Shown piece after piece: positions 48,454 through 59,238 of a stretch of DNA of 64,000 nucleotides. Origin of the DNA: an uncultured Erysipelotrichaceae bacterium (GTDB taxonomy: Bacteria; Bacillota_I; Bacilli_A; Erysipelotrichales; Erysipelotrichaceae); assembly GCA_902761625.1 (NCBI GenBank), contig CACWLH010000002.1, positions 8,126 through 72,125 on the forward strand, read 5' to 3'. The notes under the pieces were generated by a model that was given only the letters and a program-made list of their open reading frames with translations, did no database searches and was not told the origin of the DNA. The position numbers and the translations under genes are program-made. Within the stretch, counting starts at the first letter, position 1, and every line of letters begins with the position of its first letter.

Positions 48454-48723
48454 ATGTCAAGAAGCATTAAAAAAGGCCCGTTCTGTGATGATTATCTTCT
48501 CAAGAAGGTTGAAAAGCTGAACGCGGAGAATAAAAAAGAAGTTATTAAGACATGGTCACGCCGTTCAACGATTTTCCCCAGCTTCGTTGAGCACACATTC
48601 GCTGTCTACAACGGCAAGGAACACGTTCCGGTCTATGTGACTGAAGATATGGTTGGCCATAAGCTCGGTGAGTTTGTGCCGACAAGAAAGTTCGGCGGAC
48701 ACGCCGGCGACAAGAAGGCTTAA
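48454..48723 (+). CDS. rpsS: 30S ribosomal protein S19
   Basis: [10 protein letters not shown]... Confidence 0.98.
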   Translation: MSRSIKKGPFCDDYLLKKVEKLNAENKKEVIKTWSRRSTIFPSFVEHTFAVYNGKEHVPVYVTEDMVGHKLGEFVPTRKFGGHAGDKKA

Positions 48724-48737
48724 GGAGGAGAAATAAC

Positions 48738-49073
48738 ATGGACGTAAAAGCAACAGCAAAGACGGTTCGTTATACTCCGCGTAAGGTCCGCCTGGTTCTC
48801 GACCTCGTCAGAGGCAAGAAGGTGGATGAAGCCCTTGCGATTCTGCAGTTCACACCGAACCACGCTGCCAAGGCAGTATACAAGGTTGTAAAGAGTGCCG
48901 CAGCCAATGCGACAAACAACAACCAGCTCGAATATGACAACCTTTACGTCAAGGCCTGCTACGCTGACGAGGGTATCACTCTCAAGCGTTACATGCCGCG
49001 CGCAAAGGGCAGCGCTTCACAGATTCTGAAGAGAACAAGCCACATCACAGTTGTGGTTTCAGATGAGAAATAA
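48738..49073 (+). CDS. rplV: 50S ribosomal protein L22
   Basis: [17 protein letters not shown]... Confidence 0.97.
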   Translation: MDVKATAKTVRYTPRKVRLVLDLVRGKKVDEALAILQFTPNHAAKAVYKVVKSAAANATNNNQLEYDNLYVKACYADEGITLKRYMPRAKGSASQILKRTSHITVVVSDEK

Positions 49074-49091
49074 GGGAGGAAGATCAGACAT

Positions 49092-49895
49092 ATGGGACAG
49101 AAAGTAAGCCCGATCGGCATGCGTGTCGGCGTCATCCGCGACTGGGAATCCAGATGGTACGCAGACAAAGCAGAATTCGGTGATCTTCTGAACGAAGACA
49201 TCAAGATCCGTGAATTCATGGAAAAGAAGCTCAAGGATGCTTATATTTCCAGAATTGAAATCGAGCGCGCCGGCAAGAAGAACGTAAAGATCATTGTCAG
49301 ATGCGCAAGACCGGGCGCAATGCTCGGCAAAGACGGCGACAAGGACAAGATGGAAGTTCTCAACTCCGAGATCTCCAAGCTGACCGGCGGCAAGAAGGTC
49401 AGAATCGATGTCATCGCAGTTGCGAACCCCGACCTCGATGCACGTCTTGTTGCACGTAAGATCTGCGAACAGCTGGAAGCACGTCAGTCCTTCCGTATCG
49501 CGCAGAAGAAGACAATTCAGCAGACCATGCGTTCCGGCGCAAAGGGTATCAAGACTCTTGCAAAGGGCCGTCTGGGCGGAGCTGAAATTGCCCGTTCCGA
49601 AGGTTATTCAAGAGGTGTCGTTCCTCTGCATACACTGAGATCCGATATCGACTATGCATGCGAAGAGGCACACACAACATACGGCAAACTGGGTGTCAAA
49701 GTCTGGATCTGCCGCGGTGAGGTTCTCCCTGGACAGATGGTCAAGGAACCGGAAGCTCCCGCACGTGCACCGCGCGGTGACCGCAGAAACAACAGACGCG
49801 GCGGCAGAAACGACCGCAGACCGGCACGCCGCAATGCGGAAGCTGCAGCACCCGCTGCACCTGCAGCAGCACCTGCTGAAGGAGGTAACGAGTAA
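49092..49895 (+). CDS. rpsC: 30S ribosomal protein S3 (with an Arg- and Ala/Pro-rich C-terminal extension)
   Basis: [24 protein letters not shown]... Confidence 0.97.
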   Translation: MGQKVSPIGMRVGVIRDWESRWYADKAEFGDLLNEDIKIREFMEKKLKDAYISRIEIERAGKKNVKIIVRCARPGAMLGKDGDKDKMEVLNSEISKLTGGKKVRIDVIAVANPDLDARLVARKICEQLEARQSFRIAQKKTIQQTMRSGAKGIKTLAKGRLGGAEIARSEGYSRGVVPLHTLRSDIDYACEEAHTTYGKLGVKVWICRGEVLPGQMVKEPEAPARAPRGDRRNNRRGGRNDRRPARRNAEAAAPAAPAAAPAEGGNE

Positions 49896-49897
49896 TT

Positions 49898-50317
49898 ATG
49901 TTAATGCCTAACAGAGTCAAGTACAGAAGACCTCATCGTCTCAGCTACGAAGGCCGTGCAAAAGCCGGACGTGCAGTCACATTCGGTGAATTCGGTCTCG
50001 TTGCCGACGAGGGTGCTTATGTCAGCAGCAACCAGCTGGAGGCTGCCCGTGTCGCTATGACACGTTATATGAACCGTCAGGGTAAAGTCTGGATCAAGGT
50101 CTTCCCGCAGCTGGCGAAGACAAAGAAACCGCTCGAAGTACGTATGGGTTCCGGTAAAGGTGCTCCTGATCACTGGGTAGCGGTTGTCCAGAAGGGAAGA
50201 GTTCTCTTCGAGATCGCCGGTGTTTCCGAAGAAGTCGCCAGAGAAGCTCTCAGACTCGGAGCCAACAAGCTCTGCGTCAAGACCCGCTTTATCAAGAGAG
50301 GCGAGGAGGCTAAGTAA
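49898..50317 (+). CDS. rplP: 50S ribosomal protein L16
   Basis: [14 protein letters not shown]... Confidence 0.97.
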   Translation: MLMPNRVKYRRPHRLSYEGRAKAGRAVTFGEFGLVADEGAYVSSNQLEAARVAMTRYMNRQGKVWIKVFPQLAKTKKPLEVRMGSGKGAPDHWVAVVQKGRVLFEIAGVSEEVAREALRLGANKLCVKTRFIKRGEEAK

Positions 50318-50319
50318 TC

Positions 50320-50520
50320 ATGAATGTGAAGGAAATCAGAGATCTGAGCAACGAAGAGCTCGAGAAAGAAGTAGTTTCCCTCAAGGAAGAACTCTATGGA
50401 CTGCGTTTCGCGCAGGCTACAGGAAACCTTGAGAATCCTGCTCGCATCAAAGACATCAAGAAGACAATCGCACGTATCAAGACAGTCATCACAGAGCGTG
50501 CGAATGCAAAGGCTGAGTAA
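50320..50520 (+). CDS. rpmC: 50S ribosomal protein L29
   Basis: [26 protein letters not shown]... Confidence 0.96.
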   Translation: MNVKEIRDLSNEELEKEVVSLKEELYGLRFAQATGNLENPARIKDIKKTIARIKTVITERANAKAE

Positions 50521-50537
50521 GAAGGAGGGCATATAAA

Positions 50538-50798
50538 ATGGAAAGAAACGCACGTAAGGTCCTTCGCGGCACAGTCGTATCCGACAAGATGGATAAGACA
50601 ATCGTCGTTGAGATCAATACAAAGAAGAGCCATCCTCTTTACGGAAGGCAGGTCAAATTCACTATGAAATTCAAGGCCCATGACGAGAACAATGAAGCCA
50701 AGATCGGCGACATCGTTGAAGTCATGGAGACAAGACCCCTCAGCAAGGACAAGCATTACCGTCTGGTAAAGATTGTTGAGAAGGCAGTAATTCTTTAA
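50538..50798 (+). CDS. rpsQ: 30S ribosomal protein S17
   Basis: [19 protein letters not shown]... Confidence 0.96.
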   Translation: MERNARKVLRGTVVSDKMDKTIVVEINTKKSHPLYGRQVKFTMKFKAHDENNEAKIGDIVEVMETRPLSKDKHYRLVKIVEKAVIL

Positions 50799-50816
50799 GC
50801 ACAGGAGGATAAAGCA

Positions 50817-51185
50817 ATGATTCAGAATGAAACAAGATTGAACGTGGCTGACAACACCGGTGCCAAGGAAGTACTTGTCATCAGATGCCTGGGCGGTTCC
50901 AGACGCAGAAGCGCATCCATCGGTGACATCGTTGTCTGCACAGTCAAGAAGGCTAGCCCGAACGGATCTGTTAAGGAAGGCCAGGTCGTCAAGTGTGTCG
51001 TTGCCCGTACAGTTTACGGTGTCAGACGCGCCAACGGCTCATACATCAAGTTTGATGATAACGCAGCGGTCATCATCAAGGATGACCTGACACCGGTCGG
51101 AACACGTATCTTCGGTCCGGTCGCAAGAGAACTCCGTGAGAAGGGATTCATGAAGATTGTCTCCCTGGCTCCGGAAGTCTTATAA
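50817..51185 (+). CDS. rplN: 50S ribosomal protein L14
   Basis: [18 protein letters not shown]... Confidence 0.98.
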   Translation: MIQNETRLNVADNTGAKEVLVIRCLGGSRRRSASIGDIVVCTVKKASPNGSVKEGQVVKCVVARTVYGVRRANGSYIKFDDNAAVIIKDDLTPVGTRIFGPVARELREKGFMKIVSLAPEVL

Positions 51186-51199
51186 GGAGGACGACTGAT

Positions 51200-51523
51200 A
51201 TGAAAATCAAGAAAGGTGATACAGTAAAGGTTATCAGCGGACACTATAAGGGAACAGTCAGCGAAGTCAAGGCTGTCAACCCCAAGACAAACAAGGTCAT
51301 CGTTGAGGGCGTCAACATGATCAAGAAGACTCTCAAGCCGTCCCAGAACAATCCGGAAGGCGGCATTGTTGAGCAGGAAGCTCCGATTGATGCGTCCAAT
51401 GTCATGCTCTATGACAAGAAAGCCAAGGCAGCCAGCCGTGTAGGCGTCAAGACAAATGCCAAGGGCGAAAAGGTAAGATATTTCAAGAAGTCCGGTGAGG
51501 AGATCAAGGAGGCTAAGAAATAA
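51200..51523 (+). CDS. rplX: 50S ribosomal protein L24
   Basis: [18 protein letters not shown]... Confidence 0.97.
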   Translation: MKIKKGDTVKVISGHYKGTVSEVKAVNPKTNKVIVEGVNMIKKTLKPSQNNPEGGIVEQEAPIDASNVMLYDKKAKAASRVGVKTNAKGEKVRYFKKSGEEIKEAKK

Positions 51524-52062
51524 TGACACGTCTCGAAGAGAAATACATTAATACAGTTAAGCCTTCCCTGATGAAGGAGTTCGCATACACAAGCTCCATG
51601 GAAGCTCCGAAACTGGTCAAGATTGTCATCAACATGGGCGTCGGCGATGCAATCGCAAACCCGAAGGCTCTTGAGGAAGCAGTTGAAGAACTGACACAGA
51701 TTGCTGGTCAGAAGCCGGTCATCACAAAGGCTAAGAAGTCCATCGCGAACTTCAAGCTCCGTGAAGGCATGAACATCGGCTGCAAGGTCACTCTCCGCGG
51801 CGACCGCATGTATGAATTCCTCGACAAGCTGATGAACATCTCCCTGCCCCGCGTCCGTGACTTCAGAGGTGTCAGCGCTACTGCCTTCGACGGCAGAGGC
51901 AACTACACACTGGGTGTCAAGGAACAGCTGATCTTCCCGGAAATCAACTTCGACAAGGTCAACAAGACACGCGGTATGGACATCGTCATCGTTACAACAG
52001 CCAAGACGAACAAAGAGGCATTCGCTCTGCTGCAGCAGCTCGGCATGCCGTTTGCTAAGTAA
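51523..52062 (+). CDS. rplE: 50S ribosomal protein L5
   Basis: [18 protein letters not shown]...; TAATG overlap with rplX. Confidence 0.97.
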   Translation: MTRLEEKYINTVKPSLMKEFAYTSSMEAPKLVKIVINMGVGDAIANPKALEEAVEELTQIAGQKPVITKAKKSIANFKLREGMNIGCKVTLRGDRMYEFLDKLMNISLPRVRDFRGVSATAFDGRGNYTLGVKEQLIFPEINFDKVNKTRGMDIVIVTTAKTNKEAFALLQQLGMPFAK

Positions 52063-52077
52063 GGAGGAGTACTGAAC

Positions 52078-52263
52078 ATGGCAAAAACAAGTTTGAAAGT
52101 TAAGCAGTCTCGTCCTGCGAAGTTCAGCACACGTGAATACACACGCTGTGAGAGATGCGGACGTCCGCATTCCGTTTTAAGAAAGTACAAAGTCTGCCGT
52201 ATCTGCTTCAGAGAACTGGCTTACAAGGGCCAGATCCCTGGTGTCAAGAAGGCCAGCTGGTAA
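52078..52263 (+). CDS. rpsN: 30S ribosomal protein S14 type Z (zinc-binding, 61 aa)
   Basis: [10 protein letters not shown]...[21 protein letters not shown]; CxxC...CxxC is retained. Confidence 0.97.
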   Translation: MAKTSLKVKQSRPAKFSTREYTRCERCGRPHSVLRKYKVCRICFRELAYKGQIPGVKKASW

Positions 52264-52277
52264 GGAGGTAGCGAACG

Positions 52278-52676
52278 ATGAATATGACAGATCCTATTGC
52301 TGATATGCTTACCAGAATCAGAAACGGCTATCAGGCAAAGATGACAACAGTCGATGTTGCTCCGTATTCCAAGGTCAAGGCTGAAATCGCCAAGATCCTC
52401 AAGAAGGAAGGCTACATCGAGAATTACGCAACTGAGGGCGACGGCATCGAGAAGAAGCTCATTGTCACACTCAAGTATGTCAACGGCGAAAAGGTTTGCC
52501 GCGGCATCAAGAGAATCTCCAAGCCCGGTCTGCGTATTTATGCAAAGGGTGAAAACCTGCCCAGAGTTCTCAACGGACTCGGAATTGCCATCATCTCCAC
52601 ATCTGAGGGCATGATGACAGACAAAGAAGCTAGAAAGAAGCACGTTGGCGGTGAAGTCATCGCTTACGTCTGGTAA
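52278..52676 (+). CDS. rpsH: 30S ribosomal protein S8
   Basis: [14 protein letters not shown]... Confidence 0.97.
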   Translation: MNMTDPIADMLTRIRNGYQAKMTTVDVAPYSKVKAEIAKILKKEGYIENYATEGDGIEKKLIVTLKYVNGEKVCRGIKRISKPGLRIYAKGENLPRVLNGLGIAIISTSEGMMTDKEARKKHVGGEVIAYVW

Positions 52677-52691
52677 GAAAGGAAATAAACA

Positions 52692-53240
52692 ATGTCACGT
52701 ATCGGTAATAAAGCGATTACCATTCCGGCCGGCGTTGAAGTCACAATCGCTGACGGGAATGAGGTGACTGTAAAGGGTCCTAAGGGAACACTCACAAAGA
52801 AATTCTCCCCGCTCATGGACATTGCAGTCGAAGACGGTGTTCTCACTGTCAAACGCCCGAACGAGGAGAAGCAGACAAAGCAGCTCCACGGCACAACCCG
52901 TGCTCTGCTCAATGCCATGATCGAGGGTGTTGACAAAACATTTACAAAGCAGCTCAAGATTGTCGGTATCGGTTACCGTGCAGCTCTGGCTGGCGACAAG
53001 CTCACACTGAACGTCGGATTCTCCCACCCGGTTGAATTCACAGTTCCCAGCGATGTCAAAGTTGAAGTTCCGGATGCAACAACCATCAATGTTTCCGGTA
53101 TCGACAAGCAGATCGTCGGTCAGTTCGCAGCTGTTGTAAGAGCAACCAAGAAGCCTGAACCTTATGGAGGAAAGGGAATCATGTACAAGGATGAACATGT
53201 CCGCCGTAAGGAAGGTAAGACCGCTGCGTCCAAGAAGTAA
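52692..53240 (+). CDS. rplF: 50S ribosomal protein L6
   Basis: MSRIGNKAITIPAGVEV... Confidence 0.97.
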   Translation: MSRIGNKAITIPAGVEVTIADGNEVTVKGPKGTLTKKFSPLMDIAVEDGVLTVKRPNEEKQTKQLHGTTRALLNAMIEGVDKTFTKQLKIVGIGYRAALAGDKLTLNVGFSHPVEFTVPSDVKVEVPDATTINVSGIDKQIVGQFAAVVRATKKPEPYGGKGIMYKDEHVRRKEGKTAASKK

Positions 53241-53258
53241 TGGGAAGGAGAGAGTGAA

Positions 53259-53615
53259 ATGATTAAGAATACTAAAAAGAATGAAGAACGTATTCGCCGT
53301 CACAAGCGTGTACGTAAAATCGTAAACGGCACTCCCGACTGCCCGAGACTGAATGTGTTCCGTTCCAATGCGAACATCTATGCTCAGGTCATCGATGACA
53401 CAACCGGAACAACACTGTGTGCCGCAAGCTCCCTTGAGCTCAAGCTCGAAAACGGCGGAAACATCGAAGCTGCAAAGCAGGTCGGTGAAGCTGTCGCTAA
53501 GAAGTGTCTTGAAAAGAACATCACATCCGTTCGCTTCGACCGCGGCGGTTATGTATATCACGGAAGAGTCCAGGCGCTTGCTGATGCAGCAAGAGAAGCA
53601 GGACTGAAGTTCTGA
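53259..53615 (+). CDS. rplR: 50S ribosomal protein L18
   Basis: [25 protein letters not shown]... Confidence 0.97.
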   Translation: MIKNTKKNEERIRRHKRVRKIVNGTPDCPRLNVFRSNANIYAQVIDDTTGTTLCAASSLELKLENGGNIEAAKQVGEAVAKKCLEKNITSVRFDRGGYVYHGRVQALADAAREAGLKF

Positions 53616-53630
53616 GGAAGGAGATCACAC

Positions 53631-54149
53631 ATGGCAAATGAACGTAGACCTATGAGAAGGCGCGAACCGAAAGAGTTCGAAGATGTAGTAGTCTCCATCA
53701 ACCGTGTTTCCAAGACCGTCAAGGGCGGCCGCAGAATGCGTTTCGCCGCACTTGTTGTTGTAGGTGACAAGAAGGGCCGTGTCGGCTTCGGCATGGGCAA
53801 GGCTTCCGAAGTTCCCGATGCAATCAAGAAGGCAACAGAGGCTGCCACAAAGAGTGTATTCCACGTAAAGCTGGTTGATGACAACCGCACTGTACCGCAT
53901 TCCGCAATCGGCAAGCATGGCGCAAGCTCAGTATTCCTGGCTCCCGCTGCTCCCGGTACCGGAGTCAAGGCAGGCGGTGCTGTCCGTTCCATTCTGGAAC
54001 TGGCAGGTGTTGCTGATGTCCTGACAAAGATCATCGGCAGCCGCACACCGGTTAACGTAGTATATGCAACACTCGATGCGCTCAAGCAGATGAGCACAGT
54101 TGAGGAAGTTGCCAAGATCCGCGATATGAAAGTCGCTGAAGTAAGATAA
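53631..54149 (+). CDS. rpsE: 30S ribosomal protein S5
   Basis: [27 protein letters not shown]... Confidence 0.97.
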   Translation: MANERRPMRRREPKEFEDVVVSINRVSKTVKGGRRMRFAALVVVGDKKGRVGFGMGKASEVPDAIKKATEAATKSVFHVKLVDDNRTVPHSAIGKHGASSVFLAPAAPGTGVKAGGAVRSILELAGVADVLTKIIGSRTPVNVVYATLDALKQMSTVEEVAKIRDMKVAEVR

Positions 54150-54159
54150 GGAGGCTCGC

Positions 54160-54600
54160 ATGAAACTTAATGAAATGAAGCCGACTGAAGGCGCACGTTT
54201 CGTGTCAAAGAGAATCGGACGCGGTCAGGGTTCCGGAAACGGCAAGACAGCAGGTAAAGGCCAGAAGGGTCAGAACTCCAGAAGCGGCGGAGGCGTTGCG
54301 ATCGGATTCGAAGGCGGCCAGACACCGTTCTTCAAGAGAATGCCGAAGCGTGGATTTACAAACTTCACCCGTAAAGAATACGCTATCGTAAACGTTGAGG
54401 ATCTGAACAGATTCGAAGACGGAGCAGAAATCGATTTCGCAGTACTTAAAGATGCAGGCCTCGTCAAGAAACAGCTCGATGGACTTAAGGTTCTCGGCTC
54501 CGGCAAGCTCGAAAAGAAGCTTACTGTGAAGGCTGAGAAGTTCTCACAAACAGCTCTGAAGGCTATTGAAGAGGCAGGCGGAAAAGCAGAGGTGCTCTGA
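54160..54600 (+). CDS. rplO: 50S ribosomal protein L15
   Basis: [12 protein letters not shown]...[15 protein letters not shown]... Confidence 0.97.
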   Translation: MKLNEMKPTEGARFVSKRIGRGQGSGNGKTAGKGQKGQNSRSGGGVAIGFEGGQTPFFKRMPKRGFTNFTRKEYAIVNVEDLNRFEDGAEIDFAVLKDAGLVKKQLDGLKVLGSGKLEKKLTVKAEKFSQTALKAIEEAGGKAEVL

Positions 54601-54601
54601 A

Positions 54602-55885
54602 ATGCTGCGCACGTTCGCAAGCCTGTTCAGGAATAAGGAGACCCGCAACCGGATCTTCTTCACCCTGGCCATGCTGCTGATCTATCGCGTAGGTTCCGCA
54701 ATCCCCGTGCCGGGTGTCGATGCTGCCGCACTGGGATCACAGATTCAGGACAACACCATCTTCAGCATTATGAATATGCTGGGCGGCGGCGCTCTGGAAA
54801 GAATGTCCGTCTTCGCAATGGGTGTTCATCCTTATATCACAGCAAGCATCATCATTCAGCTGTTAAGCATGGATGTCATTCCGGCACTGACCGAAATGGC
54901 AAAATCAGGCCAGACAGGCAGAATGAAAATGGACCGTATTACAAGATATCTGGGAGTAGTTCTTGCCTTCGTGCAGGCCTACTTCCTGGTATACGGCTTT
55001 GACAAGCGTTATGGAATCCTCGAGAATCCGACGATTGCCGGCTACCTGTATACAGCGACCGTCCTGACAGCAGGAACAATGTTCCTGATCTGGCTCGGCG
55101 ACCGCATCTCGATGAAGGGCATCGGCAACGGTCTTTCGATCCTGATCTTCTCAGGTATCGTTGCCAACATGCCTGCTTCATTTGTGCAGGTTTACAACAT
55201 CCTGGCGGGCGGCGCATCCCAGTCCGAACTGTTCAATGGTATTCTGCAGTTCGTTCTGTACTGTGCCCTCTATCTTGCAATCATTATCTTTGTTATCATT
55301 ATGGAAACAGCGGTACGCAAGATCCCGATTCAGTATACAAACAGCTCCAACCTGCGCGGCGGCAGCGATATCACATTCCTGCCGTTCAAAATCAACAGTG
55401 CATCGGTTATCCCTGTCATCTTCGCTCAGTCGATCATGATGGCACCTCAGATCGTTATCAGTTTCTTCAATACAGACCTGTATAACAAACTGTCGAGCTT
55501 CCTCTCTCTTACAAGTCCGACCGGTCTGATAATCTATGCAGTGCTGACCGTCCTGTTCACATTCTTCTATACGGATCTGCAGGTTGATCCGGATAAGATT
55601 GCAGAGAATCTGGGCAAATCCGGTGCTTATATTCCGGGTATCCGTCCGGGTTCCGAAACAAGGACTTATTTGCGGAAAGTACTCAATCGTATCACCGTAC
55701 TCGGCGCAGCTGCGCTGACACTGGTGGCGATCATTCCGTACCTGCTGCCTATGTTCACATCACTGCCGCAGTCAACAGCCATCGGCGGCACCGGTATCAT
55801 CATCGTTGTCGGTGTTGCGATGGAAACTTATGCACAGCTTAAGGGACAGCTGACTGCAAAACAGTACAAGGGTTTCATTCACTGA
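54602..55885 (+). CDS. secY: Preprotein translocase subunit SecY
   Basis: MLRTFASLFRNKETRNRIFFTL... with 10 TM segments. The start is 1 nt after the rplO stop. The ORF-track start at 54566 is rejected. Confidence 0.96.
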   Translation: MLRTFASLFRNKETRNRIFFTLAMLLIYRVGSAIPVPGVDAAALGSQIQDNTIFSIMNMLGGGALERMSVFAMGVHPYITASIIIQLLSMDVIPALTEMAKSGQTGRMKMDRITRYLGVVLAFVQAYFLVYGFDKRYGILENPTIAGYLYTATVLTAGTMFLIWLGDRISMKGIGNGLSILIFSGIVANMPASFVQVYNILAGGASQSELFNGILQFVLYCALYLAIIIFVIIMETAVRKIPIQYTNSSNLRGGSDITFLPFKINSASVIPVIFAQSIMMAPQIVISFFNTDLYNKLSSFLSLTSPTGLIIYAVLTVLFTFFYTDLQVDPDKIAENLGKSGAYIPGIRPGSETRTYLRKVLNRITVLGAAALTLVAIIPYLLPMFTSLPQSTAIGGTGIIIVVGVAMETYAQLKGQLTAKQYKGFIH

Positions 55886-55896
55886 CGGAGGTAAAA

Positions 55897-56541
55897 ATGA
55901 ACATCCTGATTATGGGTCCCGCAGGAGCAGGCAAGGGCACAATGAGTGACCTGATCCTTAAGGAGTACGACATCCCTCACATTTCCACAGGCGATATGCT
56001 TCGTGAGAATGTCAGGAACAACACTGAACTCGGCAAGATGGCAAAATCATATATGGAAGCAGGAAAACTGGTTCCGGATGATGTCATCAACGCCATGGTT
56101 GAAGACAGACTTCAGCAGCCGGACTGCCAGAAAGGCTATCTGCTTGACGGCTTCCCCCGCACACTGGTGCAGGCGGAGGAATTCAAGAAGATCGCTGAAA
56201 AGATCGGCAAGCCGGTTGAAAGCGTCATCGCTCTTGAAGTTGACTTCGATCAGCTGGTCGACCGCATTACCGGCAGACGCATCTGCCCCAAGTGCGGAGC
56301 GATCTACCACATCAGAAACCATGCACCGAAGGTCGAAGGCATCTGCGATGAATGCGGTGCTGAACTGACACAGCGCAAGGACGACACAGTCGAACAGCTC
56401 AAAGTCAGAATGGAAGAATATGACAAGAGCACAAAGCCTGTCATCGACTTCTTCGAGCCGCTGGGAGTTGTTTCTCACATCAACGCCGGCCAGGCAAAGG
56501 ATCTGGTCTTCGCTGAAGTGAAGAAAGCGCTGGAAAAGTAA
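55897..56541 (+). CDS. adk: Adenylate kinase (zinc-lid type)
   Basis: MNILIMGPAGAGKGT. The lid is CPKCGAIYH...CDECG. Confidence 0.97.
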   Translation: MNILIMGPAGAGKGTMSDLILKEYDIPHISTGDMLRENVRNNTELGKMAKSYMEAGKLVPDDVINAMVEDRLQQPDCQKGYLLDGFPRTLVQAEEFKKIAEKIGKPVESVIALEVDFDQLVDRITGRRICPKCGAIYHIRNHAPKVEGICDECGAELTQRKDDTVEQLKVRMEEYDKSTKPVIDFFEPLGVVSHINAGQAKDLVFAEVKKALEK

Positions 56542-56559
56542 AAATTTATGTGAATTTCT

Positions 56560-56586
56560 GGGAAAGAGAACTTGATTCTCTTTCCC
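56560..56586 (+). promoter_or_regulatory. Perfect 11-bp hairpin in the adk-infA spacer
   Basis: GGGAAAGAGAA-CTTGA-TTCTCTTTCCC with no U-tract. It could be an RNA processing or stability element, or a weak attenuator. Confidence 0.35.
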
Positions 56587-56609
56587 GGTTCGCATAGAAT
56601 GGAGAACGC

Positions 56610-56828
56610 ATGGGTCGACAGGACGTCATACAGATTGACGGAATTGTGGAAGAAACTCTTCCCAATGCAAATTTCAGGGTGAAACTTCAGAATGGACACG
56701 AGATCCGAGCCCACGTTGCTGGTAAAATCCGAATGAATTACATCCGCATTTTACCGGGAGACCGGGTCACCGTAGAAATTTCCCCCTATGATTTAACACG
56801 TGGGCGTATCACCTACAGATTCAAGTAG
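56610..56828 (+). CDS. infA: Translation initiation factor IF-1
   Basis: [49 protein letters not shown]... Confidence 0.97.
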   Translation: MGRQDVIQIDGIVEETLPNANFRVKLQNGHEIRAHVAGKIRMNYIRILPGDRVTVEISPYDLTRGRITYRFK

Positions 56829-56860
56829 GCAGACACATTATTGTCGGGAGGCAAAGAAAC

Positions 56861-56974
56861 ATGAAAGTAAGACCGTCTGTAAAACCGATTTGTGACAAGT
56901 GCAGAGTCATTAAGCGCAAGGGCGTTGTCATGGTCATCTGCGAGAACCCTAAGCATAAGCAGAGACAGGGTTAA
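56861..56974 (+). CDS. rpmJ: 50S ribosomal protein L36
   Basis: [37 protein letters not shown] (37 aa; too short for the ORF track). GGGAGG RBS. Confidence 0.95.
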   Translation: MKVRPSVKPICDKCRVIKRKGVVMVICENPKHKQRQG

Positions 56975-56994
56975 TTTAGGAGGAAAGTAAGAAT

Positions 56995-57360
56995 ATGCCA
57001 CGTTTTGCCGGTGTTGATATTCCGCGTAACAAACAGATCGGAACATCACTCACATACATCTATGGAATCGGTCCCACAACAGCGAAGAAGATTCTCGCTG
57101 CCTGCGGTATTGATGAAACCATCCGTGCCAAGGATCTGACTGACGAGCAGGAAACTGCAATCCGTAACCAGATCGACGCTATTAAGACTGAGGGTGACCT
57201 CCGCCGTGAAACAGCGCTTGATATCAAGCGTCTGATGGAAATCGGAAGCTATCGCGGTTTACGTCACAGAAGAGGCCTGCCTGTACGCGGTCAGCGTACT
57301 CGCACAAACGCCCGTACGAGAAAAGGTCCGCGCCGTACTGTCGCGAACAAGAAGAAGTAA
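56995..57360 (+). CDS. rpsM: 30S ribosomal protein S13
   Basis: [14 protein letters not shown]... Confidence 0.97.
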   Translation: MPRFAGVDIPRNKQIGTSLTYIYGIGPTTAKKILAACGIDETIRAKDLTDEQETAIRNQIDAIKTEGDLRRETALDIKRLMEIGSYRGLRHRRGLPVRGQRTRTNARTRKGPRRTVANKKK

Positions 57361-57373
57361 TTAGGAGGTCATA

Positions 57374-57775
57374 ATGGCAGCTAACAAGCAGAGAAAAGGT
57401 GCCGTTCGTAAGAAGAAGGTCCGTAAGAATATAGCCAGAGGTGTGGCTCATATTCATTCAACATTCAATAACACCATCGTCACAATCGCTGACGAAGCCG
57501 GAAATGCGATTTCCTGGAGCTCCGCTGGTGCTCTCGGATACAGAGGTTCCCGTAAGTCCACACCGTATGTTGCTCAGCTGACAGCTGAGGCAGCTGCGAA
57601 GGCTGCGATCGTTCAGGGCATGAAGACTGTTGAAGTCAATGTCAAGGGTCCTGGCGCAGGCCGTGAAGCAGCAGTCCGTGCTCTTCAGACAGCAGGTCTC
57701 GAGATCACAGCAATCAACGATGTGACTCCGATCCCTCATAACGGATGCCGTCCGCCCAAGAGGCCTCGCGGTTAA
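57374..57775 (+). CDS. rpsK: 30S ribosomal protein S11
   Basis: [18 protein letters not shown]-like sequence...[12 protein letters not shown]-like C-terminus. Confidence 0.97.
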   Translation: MAANKQRKGAVRKKKVRKNIARGVAHIHSTFNNTIVTIADEAGNAISWSSAGALGYRGSRKSTPYVAQLTAEAAAKAAIVQGMKTVEVNVKGPGAGREAAVRALQTAGLEITAINDVTPIPHNGCRPPKRPRG

Positions 57776-57798
57776 TTTTGAAAACAGGAGGATTATTA

Positions 57799-58758
57799 AT
57801 GCAGAAATTTGAACGTGCCGATTTTGAAGTAGCTGAATACGTTGAATCTGAAAACTACGGAAAGTTCATCCTTTCTCCGCTGGAGAGAGGTTTCGGTACA
57901 ACCATCGGTAACGCGCTCCGCAGAGTCCTGTTATCCTCCCTCCCCGGCGCAGCCATTTTCTCCATCAAGGTTGATGGAGTCTATCATGAGTTCACATCCA
58001 TCCCCGGCGTCAGAGAAGACGTTTCCATGATCATTCTTCAGCTCAAGCAGCTGATCATGACCATCGAGGATGATGAAGTTTATAACCTGCAGATCTCCGC
58101 AAAGGGACCCTGCACCGTTACAGCCGGCGACATTATCTGCCCGGCTCAGGTTGAGATTCTGAACAAGGATCTTGAGATCGCTCATCTCGAGAGCGGTGTC
58201 AGCCTGGAAATGGAACTCAAGGCAAAGAATGGCCGCGGTTATGTCTCAAGCGACATTAACAAACAGAGAAACCAGGGAAGTTCCCAGGGCATCGGTACAG
58301 TCTTCACAGACTCCATTTTCACACCGATTGACAAGGTTGCTTACTATGTCGAACCGACCCGTGTCGGCGAAGATGTTAAATATGACAGCCTGACAATGGA
58401 AATCTGGACAGATGGATCCATTACACCGCAGAAAGCACTTTCTATGGGTGCGAAGATCCTGATTGACCACCTTGATATCATCGCCGGAATCAATGACGAT
58501 GTCATGTCCATGGAAGATGTGATCAAGGAAGGCGGCACAGAACCTCAGAACAAGGGACAGCAGATGATGATCGAAGATCTCGATCTCTCCGTACGTTCCT
58601 ACAACTGTCTGAAGCGTGCCGGAATCCAGACTGTGGAAGAACTGACACAGAAAACCGAGGATGAAATGATGAGAGTCCGTAACCTCGGTAAGAAATCTCT
58701 CAAAGAGGTAAAGGACAAGCTCATCGAACTCGGACTGGGTTTCAAGTCCTTTGATTAA
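57799..58758 (+). CDS. rpoA: DNA-directed RNA polymerase subunit alpha
   Basis: MQKFERADFEV...GFGTTIGNALRRVLLSSLPGAA. AGGAGG RBS. The ORF-track start at 57745 is rejected. Confidence 0.97.
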   Translation: MQKFERADFEVAEYVESENYGKFILSPLERGFGTTIGNALRRVLLSSLPGAAIFSIKVDGVYHEFTSIPGVREDVSMIILQLKQLIMTIEDDEVYNLQISAKGPCTVTAGDIICPAQVEILNKDLEIAHLESGVSLEMELKAKNGRGYVSSDINKQRNQGSSQGIGTVFTDSIFTPIDKVAYYVEPTRVGEDVKYDSLTMEIWTDGSITPQKALSMGAKILIDHLDIIAGINDDVMSMEDVIKEGGTEPQNKGQQMMIEDLDLSVRSYNCLKRAGIQTVEELTQKTEDEMMRVRNLGKKSLKEVKDKLIELGLGFKSFD

Positions 58759-58773
58759 CAGGAGGAACGTATT

Positions 58774-59136
58774 ATGTGGAATCGTAAATTTGGAAGAACA
58801 GCTGACCATCGTAAGGCTATGCTCAGAAACCTCGCTACTTCCGTTATCATGTATGGTAGAGTTGAGACAACTGAGGCCAAGGCGAAAGATATGCGTTCGG
58901 TAGTAGACGAACTGATCACTCTCGGCAAGAAGGGTGACCTGGCTGCACGCCGTCAGGCTGCTGCATACATCCGCAATGTTGTCGCTGATGAGGCAACACA
59001 GAAGACAGTACTGCAGAAGCTGTTTGATGAAGTCGCTCCGAAGTATAAGGATCGCAACGGCGGATACACACGTGTCGTAAAGACCGGCACACGCCGCGGC
59101 GACGCTGCTCCGATGGCTTTCATCGAGCTGGTATAA
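58774..59136 (+). CDS. rplQ: 50S ribosomal protein L17
   Basis: [22 protein letters not shown]... Confidence 0.97.
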   Translation: MWNRKFGRTADHRKAMLRNLATSVIMYGRVETTEAKAKDMRSVVDELITLGKKGDLAARRQAAAYIRNVVADEATQKTVLQKLFDEVAPKYKDRNGGYTRVVKTGTRRGDAAPMAFIELV

Positions 59137-59179
59137 GGATTCAAACTGGGGTTCATCGAAGGATGAATCCTTTTTATTT
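59137..59179 (+). terminator. Rho-independent terminator ending the ribosomal supercluster
   Basis: GGATTCA ... TGAATCC hairpin followed by TTTTTATTT. Confidence 0.7.
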
Positions 59180-59238
59180 CCCGGAAATAATGCATGTTAA
59201 TGATCGGGCAGTTGAGAAACATTTCATGCTGATATAAA

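Noticed and set aside
51409-54115. Long minus-strand ORFs (253, 288 and 185 aa) across the spc operon
   Set aside because: They are shadow ORFs antisense to highly conserved ribosomal protein genes. They have no recognisable products or translation signals.
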